Assembly (NCBI GenBank): GCA_028140795.1
Contig: JAOIOW010000004.1
Span: forward strand, 300 to 64,299
Source of the DNA: Fidelibacterota bacterium
Lineage (GTDB): Bacteria; Fidelibacterota; Marinisomatia; Marinisomatales; Marinisomataceae
DNA: 64,000 nt
Direction: 5' to 3'
The notes beneath the pieces were generated by a model that searched no databases, was not told the origin of the DNA, and saw nothing but the letters and a program-made list of their open reading frames with translations. The translations under genes were made by a program, and so were the position numbers. Within the stretch, counting starts at the first letter, position 1. Each line of letters opens with the position of its first letter. This document shows positions 21,053-31,218 of this stretch, one piece after another.

Positions 21053-21892
21053 ATGCAGCACAAAAATATTATCATTACAGGAGCAACAGATGGAATTGGC
21101 TTAGCAGCTGCTAAATCTATTGCTAAAAAAGGCTATCATGTTAATTTAGTTGGAAGAAATCCCGATAAAGGTAAAAAAGCTCTTGAAGCAATCATTGCAC
21201 ATTCTGGCAATGAAAATTTAGACTTTTTTGAATGCGATCTTAGTTTAGTTGCTAATGTGAAAGATTTAGCAGACAGAATCAAACAAAAGCACAGCAAAAT
21301 TGATGTGCTGTTAAATAATGCTGGTGGAGCAAATAAAACAAAGCAGATCACATCCGAAGGACTTGAAAAAACATTCGCCACCAATCAAATGAATTATTTT
21401 GTTCTTTCTACAGAGTTATTAAATATTCTCTCAGAATCGAATGATGGAAGAATAGTGAACGTTGCTTCCAATGCGCACATTGGCGCAGAAGTTGATTATG
21501 AGAATATCAATTCTGAAAAAAGCTTTTCTGCCTGGACTTCGTATTGTGTTTCAAAGCTGATGAATATTATGTTTACGTATCAATTGTCAGCGATGCAAGA
21601 TAGGGTTTCAGTCAATGTATTACATCCCGGTTTTGTAGATACCAATATTGCAGGTAATGAAGGAAATTTGATAAAATATATTGTAAAATTTGGAGCAAAA
21701 ATGTTTGCTAGAACTGTTGATAATGGCGCAGACTCCAGTATTTATTTGTCAACCTCTGATGAGGTGAAGGGTGTATCTGGTAAGTATTTTTTTAAATGTA
21801 GAGAAATTAAATCTTCTAGAGCTTCTTATAGTCAAGAGGATTGGAAAAAAGTTTGGGACTTGTGTGAGGATTTCAAAAAAAAGCTAATATGA
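21053..21892 (+). CDS. Short-chain dehydrogenase/reductase (retinol dehydrogenase-like)
   Basis: TGATDGIG, NNAG, NVAS, YCVSK, HPGFVDT. Confidence 0.92.
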   Translation: MQHKNIIITGATDGIGLAAAKSIAKKGYHVNLVGRNPDKGKKALEAIIAHSGNENLDFFECDLSLVANVKDLADRIKQKHSKIDVLLNNAGGANKTKQITSEGLEKTFATNQMNYFVLSTELLNILSESNDGRIVNVASNAHIGAEVDYENINSEKSFSAWTSYCVSKLMNIMFTYQLSAMQDRVSVNVLHPGFVDTNIAGNEGNLIKYIVKFGAKMFARTVDNGADSSIYLSTSDEVKGVSGKYFFKCREIKSSRASYSQEDWKKVWDLCEDFKKKLI

Positions 21893-22329
21893 AAAAAAAG
21901 ATTTTAACTAGAAGCGATTACGACTTTTTTACAACAGCAGAAACCAGGTGGAGGGATGTAGATACATTAGGACACATTAATCACACGGTTTACCTCAGTT
22001 TGCTTGAAACAAAACATAAAGATTTTATTGATCATATTTACGGGGAAACTACTTATGATCTGGGATTAAATAGCACCGCAGCAGGGTTACTAGCTTCCAT
22101 GGATGTAACCTACATCAAGCAAGTTCATCATCCTGTTAAACTTGATATTGGATGTCGTATTACTAGGGTAGGAAGCAAAAGCTATGACGTGCACCAAGGT
22201 ATTTTTGTTGAAGGAGAGCATGACCCATCTTTTCAAACGATTCATACCTTTGTAATGTTTAACTTTGTGCAGCAGAAATCAATTCCAGTGCATCAAGTAA
22301 TAATAGACAATTTAAGGGAGTTAAAATGA
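21889..22329 (+). CDS. 4-hydroxybenzoyl-CoA-type (hotdog) acyl-CoA thioesterase
   Basis: RWRDVDTLGHINHTVY, VGSKS. Confidence 0.88.
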   Translation: MKKKILTRSDYDFFTTAETRWRDVDTLGHINHTVYLSLLETKHKDFIDHIYGETTYDLGLNSTAAGLLASMDVTYIKQVHHPVKLDIGCRITRVGSKSYDVHQGIFVEGEHDPSFQTIHTFVMFNFVQQKSIPVHQVIIDNLRELK

Positions 22330-23090
22330 TTACATTATTATCACCATCAAAAAAGTTAAATTTTAAACATCAAGATGCTGTTTCAGCATTTACACAATGT
22401 GATTTTATTGAAAGCGCACAAGAGCTTGTTAACAAAGCCAAAAATTTAACATCACAAGATTTAAAAGATTTAATGAAAATTAGCGATTCACTGGCAGATT
22501 TAAATAAAGAACGTTTTAATAATTGGTCTTTGCCATTTAATCAAGATAATGCAAAACAAGCTATTTTAGCTTTTGATGGAGGGGTTTATTCAGGATTACA
22601 AGCAGAAACATTTAACCAAAATGATTTAGAGTTTGCTCAAGATCATTTGCGAATTCTTTCTGGGTTGTATGGAGTATTAAAACCTTTAGATCTAATTCAA
22701 CCATATCGACTTGAAATGGGAACAAAATTTGAAAATGCCAAAGGAAAGAATTTGTATGATTTTTGGAGCAATCAAGTGACTAGTAATCTTAATAAAAACA
22801 TTAAAAAACATGAAAATAAGACCATTATAAATTGCTCTTCAAATGAATATTTTAATGTTATCAATCAGAAAAATCTTGAAGGGAACATACTAAATACAGT
22901 ATTTAAGGAATATAGGGGTGGTGAGCTTAAATTTATTTCGTTTAATGCAAAGAAAGCTCGTGGTTTATTAGCAAAATTTGTAATTAACAATAAAATCACC
23001 AGAAATAAAGATTTAAAAGACTTTGACTTAGAAAATTACAAATTTGATTCATCTTTGTCAGATGATTCAACATTTGTTTTTACAAGATAA
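22326..23090 (+). CDS. yaaA: Peroxide stress protein YaaA (DUF328)
   Basis: LLSPSKKL, SGLYG.LKPLD.IQPYRLEMG, AKKARG. Confidence 0.93.
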   Translation: MITLLSPSKKLNFKHQDAVSAFTQCDFIESAQELVNKAKNLTSQDLKDLMKISDSLADLNKERFNNWSLPFNQDNAKQAILAFDGGVYSGLQAETFNQNDLEFAQDHLRILSGLYGVLKPLDLIQPYRLEMGTKFENAKGKNLYDFWSNQVTSNLNKNIKKHENKTIINCSSNEYFNVINQKNLEGNILNTVFKEYRGGELKFISFNAKKARGLLAKFVINNKITRNKDLKDFDLENYKFDSSLSDDSTFVFTR

Positions 23091-23102
23091 AGGGAGGAAA
23101 TA

Positions 23103-24557
23103 ATGAAAAGAATATTAATATTACTTTCATTTTTAGCTATTAGTTGTCAGTCTAACTCTGGCGAAATGCCAAGACAAGTTGGCCAAGCTTCAAATGAATT
23201 AATGGATGGATTAGAAGCAATGCATCATGTTCGTTTTGCTGAAGCAAGAGCATTGTTTTTAGAGGGTATTGAAAAAGATCCAAATTGTGCTTCATGTTAT
23301 TTGAATCTAGGGTATGCTGAGCAAGATAGAGTTTTAAGAAGAGAATATCTTGAAACTGCCTTAGATTTAGCTAAAAAAGGGCATCCTGAAACAAAGTTGA
23401 TGGAAGCAGCTGTAAACTGGATTAACGGTGAAAGTGGTAGATTTGACGCTCATCCTGATTTATATAAAAAATATAAAGGTGATAAATTTCTAGCTTCAGG
23501 AGCATACAGATATCTTCAGTTCAATGATCGTATTGATGAAGGTAGAGAGTTATTATTAGAAGCAGGCGAGAGATTAAAAGCAGGTCATTTATACAATCTT
23601 TTAGCTTATTCTTACTTTTGGAATGCTGAAAGCGATGAGGAATATGATAAAGGATTACCATTTATTGAAAAATATATTGAGTTAAATCCAAATGAAGCAA
23701 ACGCATATGATTCATTAGCTGAATTTCACCTCAATAAAGGTGAGTATGACAAAGCTATAGAAAACTATCAATTAGCGTTTGAAGTTGATCCTGAATTTGA
23801 ATGGGCAACAAGAAATCTAGCATTGGCTAAATATCAAGAGAAAATGGCTAGTGATGATGCTAAAATAATGCAATGGACCAGTGAATCTGATGAAGCTAAA
23901 TCCGCATTTAATACAGGCATGTGGCAGTTCTACAATCTGGAATGGGAGAAGGCTAATGAGTCATTCTCAAATGCGATTGAAACAGATGAAAGCTTTGCTC
24001 TTGCTTATGCAATGAGAGCTAGAACACATCGTCTTATGCAAAACCAAAGCTCTGCTAATGAAGACTTAGATGTAGCTGTTAGTATGTCTTTAAATGCTTC
24101 TGTGGAAGAGAAAAAAATGATACTTACGCTATATGATGATAATCAGCTTGGCACTAATTCTTTTGATAGAGTCGTTGAAAGGTTAGTAAGAAAATATCCA
24201 GATGGATCATTTTTGAGAATGGAATCAATTTTTGCTACAATGAGCGATATTGGACCTGACATGATCTTACGTAGAGGAAAGGAATTGTACGCAATGAATC
24301 CCAACTTTACGCCGGCGTTAAATATTATGGGTTATGCTTACATGCAAAAAGATGAGATGGACTTAGCTAAAGAAACTCTTCAAGAGCAAGTAAGAAGGCA
24401 GGCTGGAAAAGCAAATCCTTATGATTCTTTAGGAGACTATTATTTAGAGGTCAATGATAACGCTATGGCGTTAAAATACTTTGAACAATCTTCAAAGATG
24501 GGACTAAAAGCTAGCGACTCAAAAGTTGATAGCTTAAAATCTCTTTTAAGCGACTAA
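23103..24557 (+). CDS. TPR-repeat lipoprotein
   Basis: SD GGAGG; lipobox LAISC; TPR motifs ANAYDSLAE and ANPYDSLGD. Confidence 0.8.
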   Translation: MKRILILLSFLAISCQSNSGEMPRQVGQASNELMDGLEAMHHVRFAEARALFLEGIEKDPNCASCYLNLGYAEQDRVLRREYLETALDLAKKGHPETKLMEAAVNWINGESGRFDAHPDLYKKYKGDKFLASGAYRYLQFNDRIDEGRELLLEAGERLKAGHLYNLLAYSYFWNAESDEEYDKGLPFIEKYIELNPNEANAYDSLAEFHLNKGEYDKAIENYQLAFEVDPEFEWATRNLALAKYQEKMASDDAKIMQWTSESDEAKSAFNTGMWQFYNLEWEKANESFSNAIETDESFALAYAMRARTHRLMQNQSSANEDLDVAVSMSLNASVEEKKMILTLYDDNQLGTNSFDRVVERLVRKYPDGSFLRMESIFATMSDIGPDMILRRGKELYAMNPNFTPALNIMGYAYMQKDEMDLAKETLQEQVRRQAGKANPYDSLGDYYLEVNDNAMALKYFEQSSKMGLKASDSKVDSLKSLLSD

Positions 24558-24600
24558 TAAATAGATCTGAAATAAGTTTAAAATCATATTTGATTTAAAA

Positions 24601-24636
24601 AAGGAGCGTAGAGTTATTATAATTCTACGCTCTTTT
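24601..24636 (+). terminator. Intrinsic terminator-like hairpin
   Basis: GAGCGTAGA...TCTACGCTC followed by TTTT. Confidence 0.65.
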
Positions 24637-24675
24637 AATATGTTTGATTAAATTCTGCAAAATAAAGGAAATAAA

Positions 24676-26226
24676 TTGTCAGAAAATTACCAAGTTTTAG
24701 CTCTTAAATGGCGTCCAAAACAATTCAAAGATGTTGTTGGTCAAGAACATATTACTGCTACACTTCAAAAGGCTTTTGAAAAAAATCGAATCGCCCAAGC
24801 ATTTTTATTTGCTGGACCAAGAGGGGTAGGTAAAACAACAACAGCTCGTCTAGTAGCTATGTCTTTAAATGGTGCAGATACACCAACTACAGACTATGAT
24901 TTAAAATCTGAGTCTGTTTTAGATATTATTGATGGTAAATCTATGGATGTGATTGAGATTGATGGAGCCTCAAATAGAGGAATTGATGAAATACGCGAAT
25001 TGCGAGAAAATATCAAGTTTATGCCTGTTTCCGGCAAATTTAAGGTTATTATCATTGATGAGGTTCATATGCTTACTACACAAGCATTTAATGCTTTATT
25101 AAAGACATTAGAAGAACCTCCTCAACATGTCAAATTTATTCTGGCAACTACAGATGTACATAAAGTACCGCAAACGATTATTTCAAGATGTCAAAGGTTC
25201 GATTTTTTACCACTTTCAAACACTACAATAAGTGATAGATTAAAATATATTACAGAAAATGAAAACCAATCAATTGACGAGAAGTCGTTATCAATGATTG
25301 CCTCTAAATCTGAAGGAAGTATGCGAGATGCATTAAGTTATTTAGATCAAGTCCTTGTTTTAGGAAATGACATCACTTTTGATATTGTACAGGATTTGCT
25401 TGGAGTAGTTCCTCATGAAATTTTATTTAGTATCTCTGATGCTTTACATGAAAGAGACGGAGATAAACTCATGGCTGATTTAGAGGTTATTAGAAACAAA
25501 GGTTATATAGTTGAAGATTTATTAAAAGATCTTATTCTGCATTTCAGAAATTTATCTGTATTAAATTTTAAAAACGGATTAAAGCTTGCAGGGATAGATT
25601 CGGAACTTTCTAAAAAATATAATCAATTAAACTACGCTTGGAGTCACAAAGATATAATTAGACTATCAAATAATCTTTCAACACTTTATGCTTCAATACG
25701 ACAATACTCTGATCAATATTTATTATTAGAAATGAATTTAATCAAGCTCTTAGAATTTGATTCAAGCGTTGATATTGAAGAATTTTTAAAAAAAGAAATT
25801 TCACAGGAACAAGAGGTAGAAACTCCAAAAGCAAAAATGAAAAATAAAACTCCTGACGTAACATCTAAAAAAAAAGAGAAAAAAATAGACTTAAGTGAAG
25901 AATTATTGAAAAATGATTGGAATCAAATCGTTAAAGAAGTTTCAAAAAAAAGGGGATCAATCGGAGCGCAGTTATCTGGATGTATTCTTGGAGATTTAAA
26001 AGGTAACAATCTTGAGGTGATTTCTTATGATAGCTCCGAATTCAATCAAAAACTATTACAGGAAGGTTTGGAGCTTGTAAAGTCAATTATTGATGAAAAG
26101 TACGGCTCCAATATTAATGTTAGCTTGGTGGTTGATACTGAGGTTGAAAAAATTGAAGATAAAAAAGAAGAAAAAGTAAATGAAGATGATATTGTATCTC
26201 TATTTGATGGAAAGGATATGTTGTAA
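24676..26226 (+). CDS. dnaX: DNA polymerase III subunit tau/gamma
   Basis: KWRP..F..VVGQ, GPRGVGKTT, DEVHML, SRCQRF, EGSMRDA; TTG start with SD AAGGA. Confidence 0.96.
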   Translation: MSENYQVLALKWRPKQFKDVVGQEHITATLQKAFEKNRIAQAFLFAGPRGVGKTTTARLVAMSLNGADTPTTDYDLKSESVLDIIDGKSMDVIEIDGASNRGIDEIRELRENIKFMPVSGKFKVIIIDEVHMLTTQAFNALLKTLEEPPQHVKFILATTDVHKVPQTIISRCQRFDFLPLSNTTISDRLKYITENENQSIDEKSLSMIASKSEGSMRDALSYLDQVLVLGNDITFDIVQDLLGVVPHEILFSISDALHERDGDKLMADLEVIRNKGYIVEDLLKDLILHFRNLSVLNFKNGLKLAGIDSELSKKYNQLNYAWSHKDIIRLSNNLSTLYASIRQYSDQYLLLEMNLIKLLEFDSSVDIEEFLKKEISQEQEVETPKAKMKNKTPDVTSKKKEKKIDLSEELLKNDWNQIVKEVSKKRGSIGAQLSGCILGDLKGNNLEVISYDSSEFNQKLLQEGLELVKSIIDEKYGSNINVSLVVDTEVEKIEDKKEEKVNEDDIVSLFDGKDML

Positions 26227-26540
26227 TGTTTGGAAATATGAAAGAAATGCTTAAACAAGCTCAAAATATGAAATCTCAAATGAAAAAAATTAAGAAAGAG
26301 TTAGAGAGCATAGAAGTAGAAGGAGTATCTGCTAATGGTGCATGCAAGGTTACTATGACAGCAGATATGAAAACTCAAAATGTAGAAATTGATGAAACGC
26401 TTTTAAGTAGCGAAGCTTATGTAATTGAAAATGCTATAAAAGTCGCTGTAAATAATGCTCTTGAAGATGCTAAAGATACATCAGCTAAGAAATTAAAAGC
26501 TGTAACTGGTGGTTTAACTGATGGATTACCAGGATTTTAA
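26226..26540 (+). CDS. YbaB/EbfC nucleoid-associated protein
   Basis: Conserved dnaX-ybaB-recR order; MLKQAQ.M...A.N.AL, ends GLPGF. Confidence 0.9.
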   Translation: MFGNMKEMLKQAQNMKSQMKKIKKELESIEVEGVSANGACKVTMTADMKTQNVEIDETLLSSEAYVIENAIKVAVNNALEDAKDTSAKKLKAVTGGLTDGLPGF

Positions 26541-27139
26541 TGGCAAATGCTACTAAATATATTGAAGTATTAATTGATTCTTTGACCAAGTTTCCCGGAA
26601 TTGGAAGAAAAGGAGCAGAAAGAATAGCATATTTTATCGTAAAGTCCGAAAAGTCATTGGGTAAGAACTTGATTAGCGCCTTAAAAGAGGTTGATGAAAA
26701 GCTTGATATTTGTCCAGATACGGGGATGGTGTTACTTAAAGGTGAAGAATCTCCATTAAGCAGTGACGCTAGAAATTCTGAAATTTTATGTGTTGTTGAA
26801 AATATGGAAGATGTTATTAAAATTGAAAACACCAACAGTTTCGATGGATTATATCATGTGCTTGGTGGAGCTATTTCTCCATTAGATGGTATTGGTCCAT
26901 CAGATCTATCTTTTGACAAGCTTTTAAAAAGAATTAATTCAGGGCTTAAAGAAGTTATTATTGCAACTAATCCTAGTACGTCTGGAAATGCCACTGCGCT
27001 TTATCTCGAAAAAATTTTAAAAGATAAGAACGTTGAACTATCCCGGCTTGCTGTTGGTTTGCCAGTTGGTAGTAATTTGGAATATATCGACGACAAAACT
27101 ATTTCTTCAGCTATTTCAGGAAGGGTAAAGTTAAGTTGA
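26540..27139 (+). CDS. recR: Recombination mediator RecR
   Basis: PGIGRK.AER, ICVVE-like LCVVE, YHVLGG.ISPLDG, Toprim EVIIATNP, G.PVG. Confidence 0.95.
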   Translation: MANATKYIEVLIDSLTKFPGIGRKGAERIAYFIVKSEKSLGKNLISALKEVDEKLDICPDTGMVLLKGEESPLSSDARNSEILCVVENMEDVIKIENTNSFDGLYHVLGGAISPLDGIGPSDLSFDKLLKRINSGLKEVIIATNPSTSGNATALYLEKILKDKNVELSRLAVGLPVGSNLEYIDDKTISSAISGRVKLS

Positions 27140-27639
27140 AATTTTTTCTCAATTTCCTCACTTATTCTAGAATTCTGCTAACCCCATTAATCATTTATTT
27201 AATTTTAAATGACAATTTTCTTTATGCTGGTATAATCTTTGCATATTGCAGTTTTAGCGATGTTGCTGACGGTAAAATTGCTAGAAAATATGATTTGGTT
27301 TCAGGTCACGGTAATTATATGGATCCATTGGCTGATAAAGTTTTAATGATAGGAGCACTATCAGCGCTATTAGTATTAGATATAATACAGCTATGGCCTT
27401 TCATAATCATAATTGGTAGAGATATAATTATTACATTATATAGAAACTATCTGATTGCGAAGAATAAACCGCTTGAAACATCAAAATTTGGAAAGCTAAA
27501 AACAGTGTTTCAACACGGTATGGTTTTAATAATATTGCTTGTAAATCCATCACAAGTTATAGTTGATCTTATTGTCAATATTAATGCAATCTATGCCGCT
27601 GCAACTGGAATTCATTATTTTGTTAAAAATGGATTTTAG
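27136..27639 (+). CDS. pgsA: CDP-diacylglycerol--glycerol-3-phosphate 3-phosphatidyltransferase
   Basis: SDVADGKIAR...G..MDPLADK CDP-alcohol motif; GKLKT..Q. Confidence 0.9.
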   Translation: MKFFLNFLTYSRILLTPLIIYLILNDNFLYAGIIFAYCSFSDVADGKIARKYDLVSGHGNYMDPLADKVLMIGALSALLVLDIIQLWPFIIIIGRDIIITLYRNYLIAKNKPLETSKFGKLKTVFQHGMVLIILLVNPSQVIVDLIVNINAIYAAATGIHYFVKNGF

Positions 27640-28153
27640 TAAAGGATTTAATGTTCAGCTTGCCACATTATTTGGCATTGGAAAAATTCCCGGAGGAGGT
27701 ACTTGGGCTTCCCTTATAGTTTTGTTTATTGCATTATATGAACAAAACGCAGAAACAGCTTCTTTTCTAGCATTTTTTACTCTAATTATCGGTCCAGGTG
27801 CTTATAGAAAGCTTACCGCTCTTGTTGAATCTGAAGATCCCAAAGAATATGTTTTAGATGAGGTTATAGGAATGGGTATTGCTATTTCTGGTGTCTATAT
27901 TTTTACAAGCATATTTGATCAGCTTTCGTTTAATCTTATAGAATCTCTTTCCGCAACAAGTGAGCTTTTCATATTAACATTTATAGTTTTTAGATTTTTT
28001 GATATTTCTAAGATTGGTCCAGTCGGATGGGTTGAAAGAAATCCAAAGGAAAAAGCATACAATAGGGTTATAGGAGATGATATTATGGCCGCACTTTTGT
28101 CCATAATTGTTGTAATAATTTTTTTAAGTGTTAACTTATGGATACTGCAATGA
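27629..28153 (+). CDS. pgpA: Phosphatidylglycerophosphatase A
   Basis: G..PG.GTWAS, DP..YVLDEVIG, FRFFDI.K, DD..AA; start at ATG 27629. Confidence 0.85.
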   Translation: MDFSKGFNVQLATLFGIGKIPGGGTWASLIVLFIALYEQNAETASFLAFFTLIIGPGAYRKLTALVESEDPKEYVLDEVIGMGIAISGVYIFTSIFDQLSFNLIESLSATSELFILTFIVFRFFDISKIGPVGWVERNPKEKAYNRVIGDDIMAALLSIIVVIIFLSVNLWILQ

Positions 28154-29430
28154 GAGTTGGAATTATAACAATTGGAAATGAGTTATTAAGTGGTTTTACG
28201 GTAGATCGTAATGCTGCTTGGATAGGACAACAACTACTTTCTTCAGGAATTAAAGTCAATGTTCATCATACTATTCCAGATGATTTTGGTGTTATTTATG
28301 ACACCTTAGAGTATCAATTTAGGGAATGGAGGTGTGATCAGATTATTGTTACAGGAGGTCTTGGGCCAACGGTCGACGATATTACAGTGTCTTCATTCCT
28401 TGAATACTTCGATGATTCACATGAATTTGATAAAGAGTATTGGGAAATTTTATCAGAAAGATTCAAAAGATTAAACTTCAAAATGCCAAATCTTAATAAA
28501 AATCAGGCATATAAATCTAAAAGAGGAATTATGATTCCTAATTTGGTTGGTACTGCAAGAGGATTGCATTACACTAAAAAACATGATTCGGTTTTAAAAA
28601 GTGTTAAAGGTTTAATTACAGGAGATAAAAATAGAGTCAATTTTTTTGCACTTCCAGGAGTTCCCAAAGAAATGAAATCTATGTTTACAAATTATGTGTT
28701 ACCAGAAATTGAAAAATCATTAAAGAATAAAGTTGTTTGTAAAAGCATTAGAACAACAGGGGTTCCTGAATCCATTCTTCAAGAAAAAATTACAGATATC
28801 ATTGATGCTAATAAGGAAAAATGTGATATTGCATTCTTGCCTCATAGGATGTTAGGAGTTGATATACGTCTCACATCATCAAATAATCAATTAGTTGAAG
28901 ATTTAATTAATTCAATAGTTCCAAGAATTAAAAAATATGTATATGGTTATGATAACGATAAGTTGGAACAAGTAATAGCTGACCTGCTTATTCAAAATAA
29001 TCTTACAGTAAGTACTGCTGAATCATGCACTTCAGGTTTGCTTGCATCAAGATTAACAGATGTTCCTGGAAGTTCTCAATATTTTAAAGGTGGAAGTGTT
29101 TGTTATAGCAATAAGTTAAAAATTAATGATATTGGTGTAGATAAGGATTTGATAGAAAGATATGGCGCAGTAAGTGAGGAGGTTGCAGAATCTTTAGCAA
29201 AAAATATAGCTAAGAAAAATAATACAGATATAGGAATCGGGATAACTGGAATAGCTGGTCCAGGTGGTGGAACAGAAAAAAAACCAGTTGGATTAGTATT
29301 TGTTGGAATATTTTATAAAAATAATTTATATATTAAGAGGTATAATTTAACACCTGACAGGATCACAAATCGTGAATTAACTGTTACCTTGTGTCTTAAT
29401 GAAATACGAAAAATTTTAAGAAATTCATAA
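28150..29430 (+). CDS. cinA: Competence/damage-inducible protein CinA (MoCF-like + NMN deamidase)
   Basis: IGNELLSG, GGLGPT.DD, LPGVP.EM, AESCTSG, GITGIAGPGGG. Confidence 0.93.
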   Translation: MRVGIITIGNELLSGFTVDRNAAWIGQQLLSSGIKVNVHHTIPDDFGVIYDTLEYQFREWRCDQIIVTGGLGPTVDDITVSSFLEYFDDSHEFDKEYWEILSERFKRLNFKMPNLNKNQAYKSKRGIMIPNLVGTARGLHYTKKHDSVLKSVKGLITGDKNRVNFFALPGVPKEMKSMFTNYVLPEIEKSLKNKVVCKSIRTTGVPESILQEKITDIIDANKEKCDIAFLPHRMLGVDIRLTSSNNQLVEDLINSIVPRIKKYVYGYDNDKLEQVIADLLIQNNLTVSTAESCTSGLLASRLTDVPGSSQYFKGGSVCYSNKLKINDIGVDKDLIERYGAVSEEVAESLAKNIAKKNNTDIGIGITGIAGPGGGTEKKPVGLVFVGIFYKNNLYIKRYNLTPDRITNRELTVTLCLNEIRKILRNS

Positions 29431-29449
29431 ATATTAAAGGAAAGTCGTA

Positions 29450-30439
29450 ATGGCAAAAAATGTAGATAAAGCGTTAGAAGCAGTTCAATTAGATATTAAT
29501 AAAGAGTATGGAGATGGATCCATTATGAGATTGGGTGGAACTGCCAATCTTGATGTAGAAGCAATTTCAACTGGATGTCTTTCACTTGATATGGCTTTAG
29601 GAGTTGGTGGTGTACCAAAAGGGAGAATTATTGAAGTGTTTGGACCTGAATCTTCAGGAAAAACCACTTTAGCTTTACATATTGTTGCTGAATGTCAAAA
29701 AAATGGTGGAAAAGCAGCGTTTATCGACGCTGAAAATGCATTAGATCCAGAATATGCCAAAAATCTTGGATGTAACGCAGAAGACTTATTGGTTTCACAA
29801 CCAGATTCTGGAGAGCAAGCACTCGATATTCTTCAAAAGTTGCTTGAAACAGCTGCTTTGGATGTTATTGTTATTGACTCTGTAGCTGCATTAGTGCCTA
29901 AAGCTGAACTTGATGGACAGATTGGTGATGTTACAGTTGGTTTACAGGCAAGATTGATGTCACAAGCACTAAGAAAGCTTTCTGGTCCAATTAACAAATC
30001 TAGAACATGTGTAGTTTTTATTAATCAAATTAGAGAGAAAATTGGTGTAATGTTCGGTAGTCCAGAAACAACTCCTGGTGGTAGAGCGTTGAAATTTTAT
30101 TCATCAGTAAGATTGGATATTAGAAGAATAGCTGCTATTAAAGAAGGAACTGATATGACTGGAAATAGAACCAGAGTAAAAGTTGTAAAAAATAAAGTAG
30201 CTCCACCTTTTAAAATGACTGAATTTGATATTATGTACGGTAAAGGAATCTCATATGCTGGAGATTTACTGGATTTAGCTTTACAAGGTGGTGTTGTTGA
30301 AAAAATGGGCTCTTGGTTCTCTTACAAAGGTGATAAGATTGCTCAAGGACGAGAAAAAGTTAAAACTTTACTAGAAACTGATGACAAGCTTATGAAAAGC
30401 GTATTATCTGATGTTAAAGATTATTTAGAGTTGAGTTAA
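29450..30439 (+). CDS. recA: Recombinase A
   Basis: [41 protein letters not shown]. Confidence 0.99.
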   Translation: MAKNVDKALEAVQLDINKEYGDGSIMRLGGTANLDVEAISTGCLSLDMALGVGGVPKGRIIEVFGPESSGKTTLALHIVAECQKNGGKAAFIDAENALDPEYAKNLGCNAEDLLVSQPDSGEQALDILQKLLETAALDVIVIDSVAALVPKAELDGQIGDVTVGLQARLMSQALRKLSGPINKSRTCVVFINQIREKIGVMFGSPETTPGGRALKFYSSVRLDIRRIAAIKEGTDMTGNRTRVKVVKNKVAPPFKMTEFDIMYGKGISYAGDLLDLALQGGVVEKMGSWFSYKGDKIAQGREKVKTLLETDDKLMKSVLSDVKDYLELS

Positions 30440-31218
30440 GATTCTTTAATAATTTTTAAAAAATCTTTGTGAACTTTTTTGTTAGAAGCGACGATACATT
30501 TATCAAAATTATATTGATTTCCGTCTTCATTTGAAACAGATCCGCCTGCTTCAGAAATAATGATATTACCGGCTGCTGTATCCCAAGGTTGTAAATTGTA
30601 TTCCCAAAATCCTTCAACAATACCTTTAGCTACATGACACATATCTAAGGAAGCTGCTCCCAACCTTCTAACACCATGTGAATTAAGATTGATATTCTTT
30701 ATTACTTGCAAATTTTTATCAATATAATTTTCATCGTATGGTATAAAACCAGTAACATATAACCCTTCATTAAAATAATCTTTATCTGAAACAGATATTG
30801 GAGAATCATTACTAAAAGAACCACCGCCTTTAGAAGCAAAAAACTTTTCGTTATTGGGGATATCATAAACAACCCCAACCAGCGGTTTACTTTTAAAGAA
30901 AACTCCTATAGAAACAGCAAAAGAAGGATAATTGTGTACAAAATTGTTGGTGCCATCAATTGGGTCAATGTACCAGGTATAATCTGAACTCAAATTATTT
31001 GATCCTAATTCTTCTGAAACAATATTATGTTCAGGAAAAGAATCTTTAATTTTTTTGGTGATAAGTTTATCAGCCTCAATATCAGTTTGAGTTACAAGGT
31101 TTGAAATTTCTCCTTTAGACTTAAAAGATTTAATTTTTTGAGAAGATAAACGAATAAGTTCAGCAGCTTGATCTGAAATTTCTAATGCGGTATCAAGAAT
31201 GTGATTAGTACTTTTCAA
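30436..31218 (-). CDS. suhB: Inositol monophosphatase family protein (SuhB-like)
   Basis: [27 protein letters not shown]. Confidence 0.85.
   Translation of the reverse strand: MKSTNHILDTALEISDQAAELIRLSSQKIKSFKSKGEISNLVTQTDIEADKLITKKIKDSFPEHNIVSEELGSNNLSSDYTWYIDPIDGTNNFVHNYPSFAVSIGVFFKSKPLVGVVYDIPNNEKFFASKGGGSFSNDSPISVSDKDYFNEGLYVTGFIPYDENYIDKNLQVIKNINLNSHGVRRLGAASLDMCHVAKGIVEGFWEYNLQPWDTAAGNIIISEAGGSVSNEDGNQYNFDKCIVASNKKVHKDFLKIIKES

Noticed and set aside
24558-24675. SRP RNA (ffs) upstream of dnaX
   Set aside because: No conserved domain IV motif; only a terminator-like hairpin.
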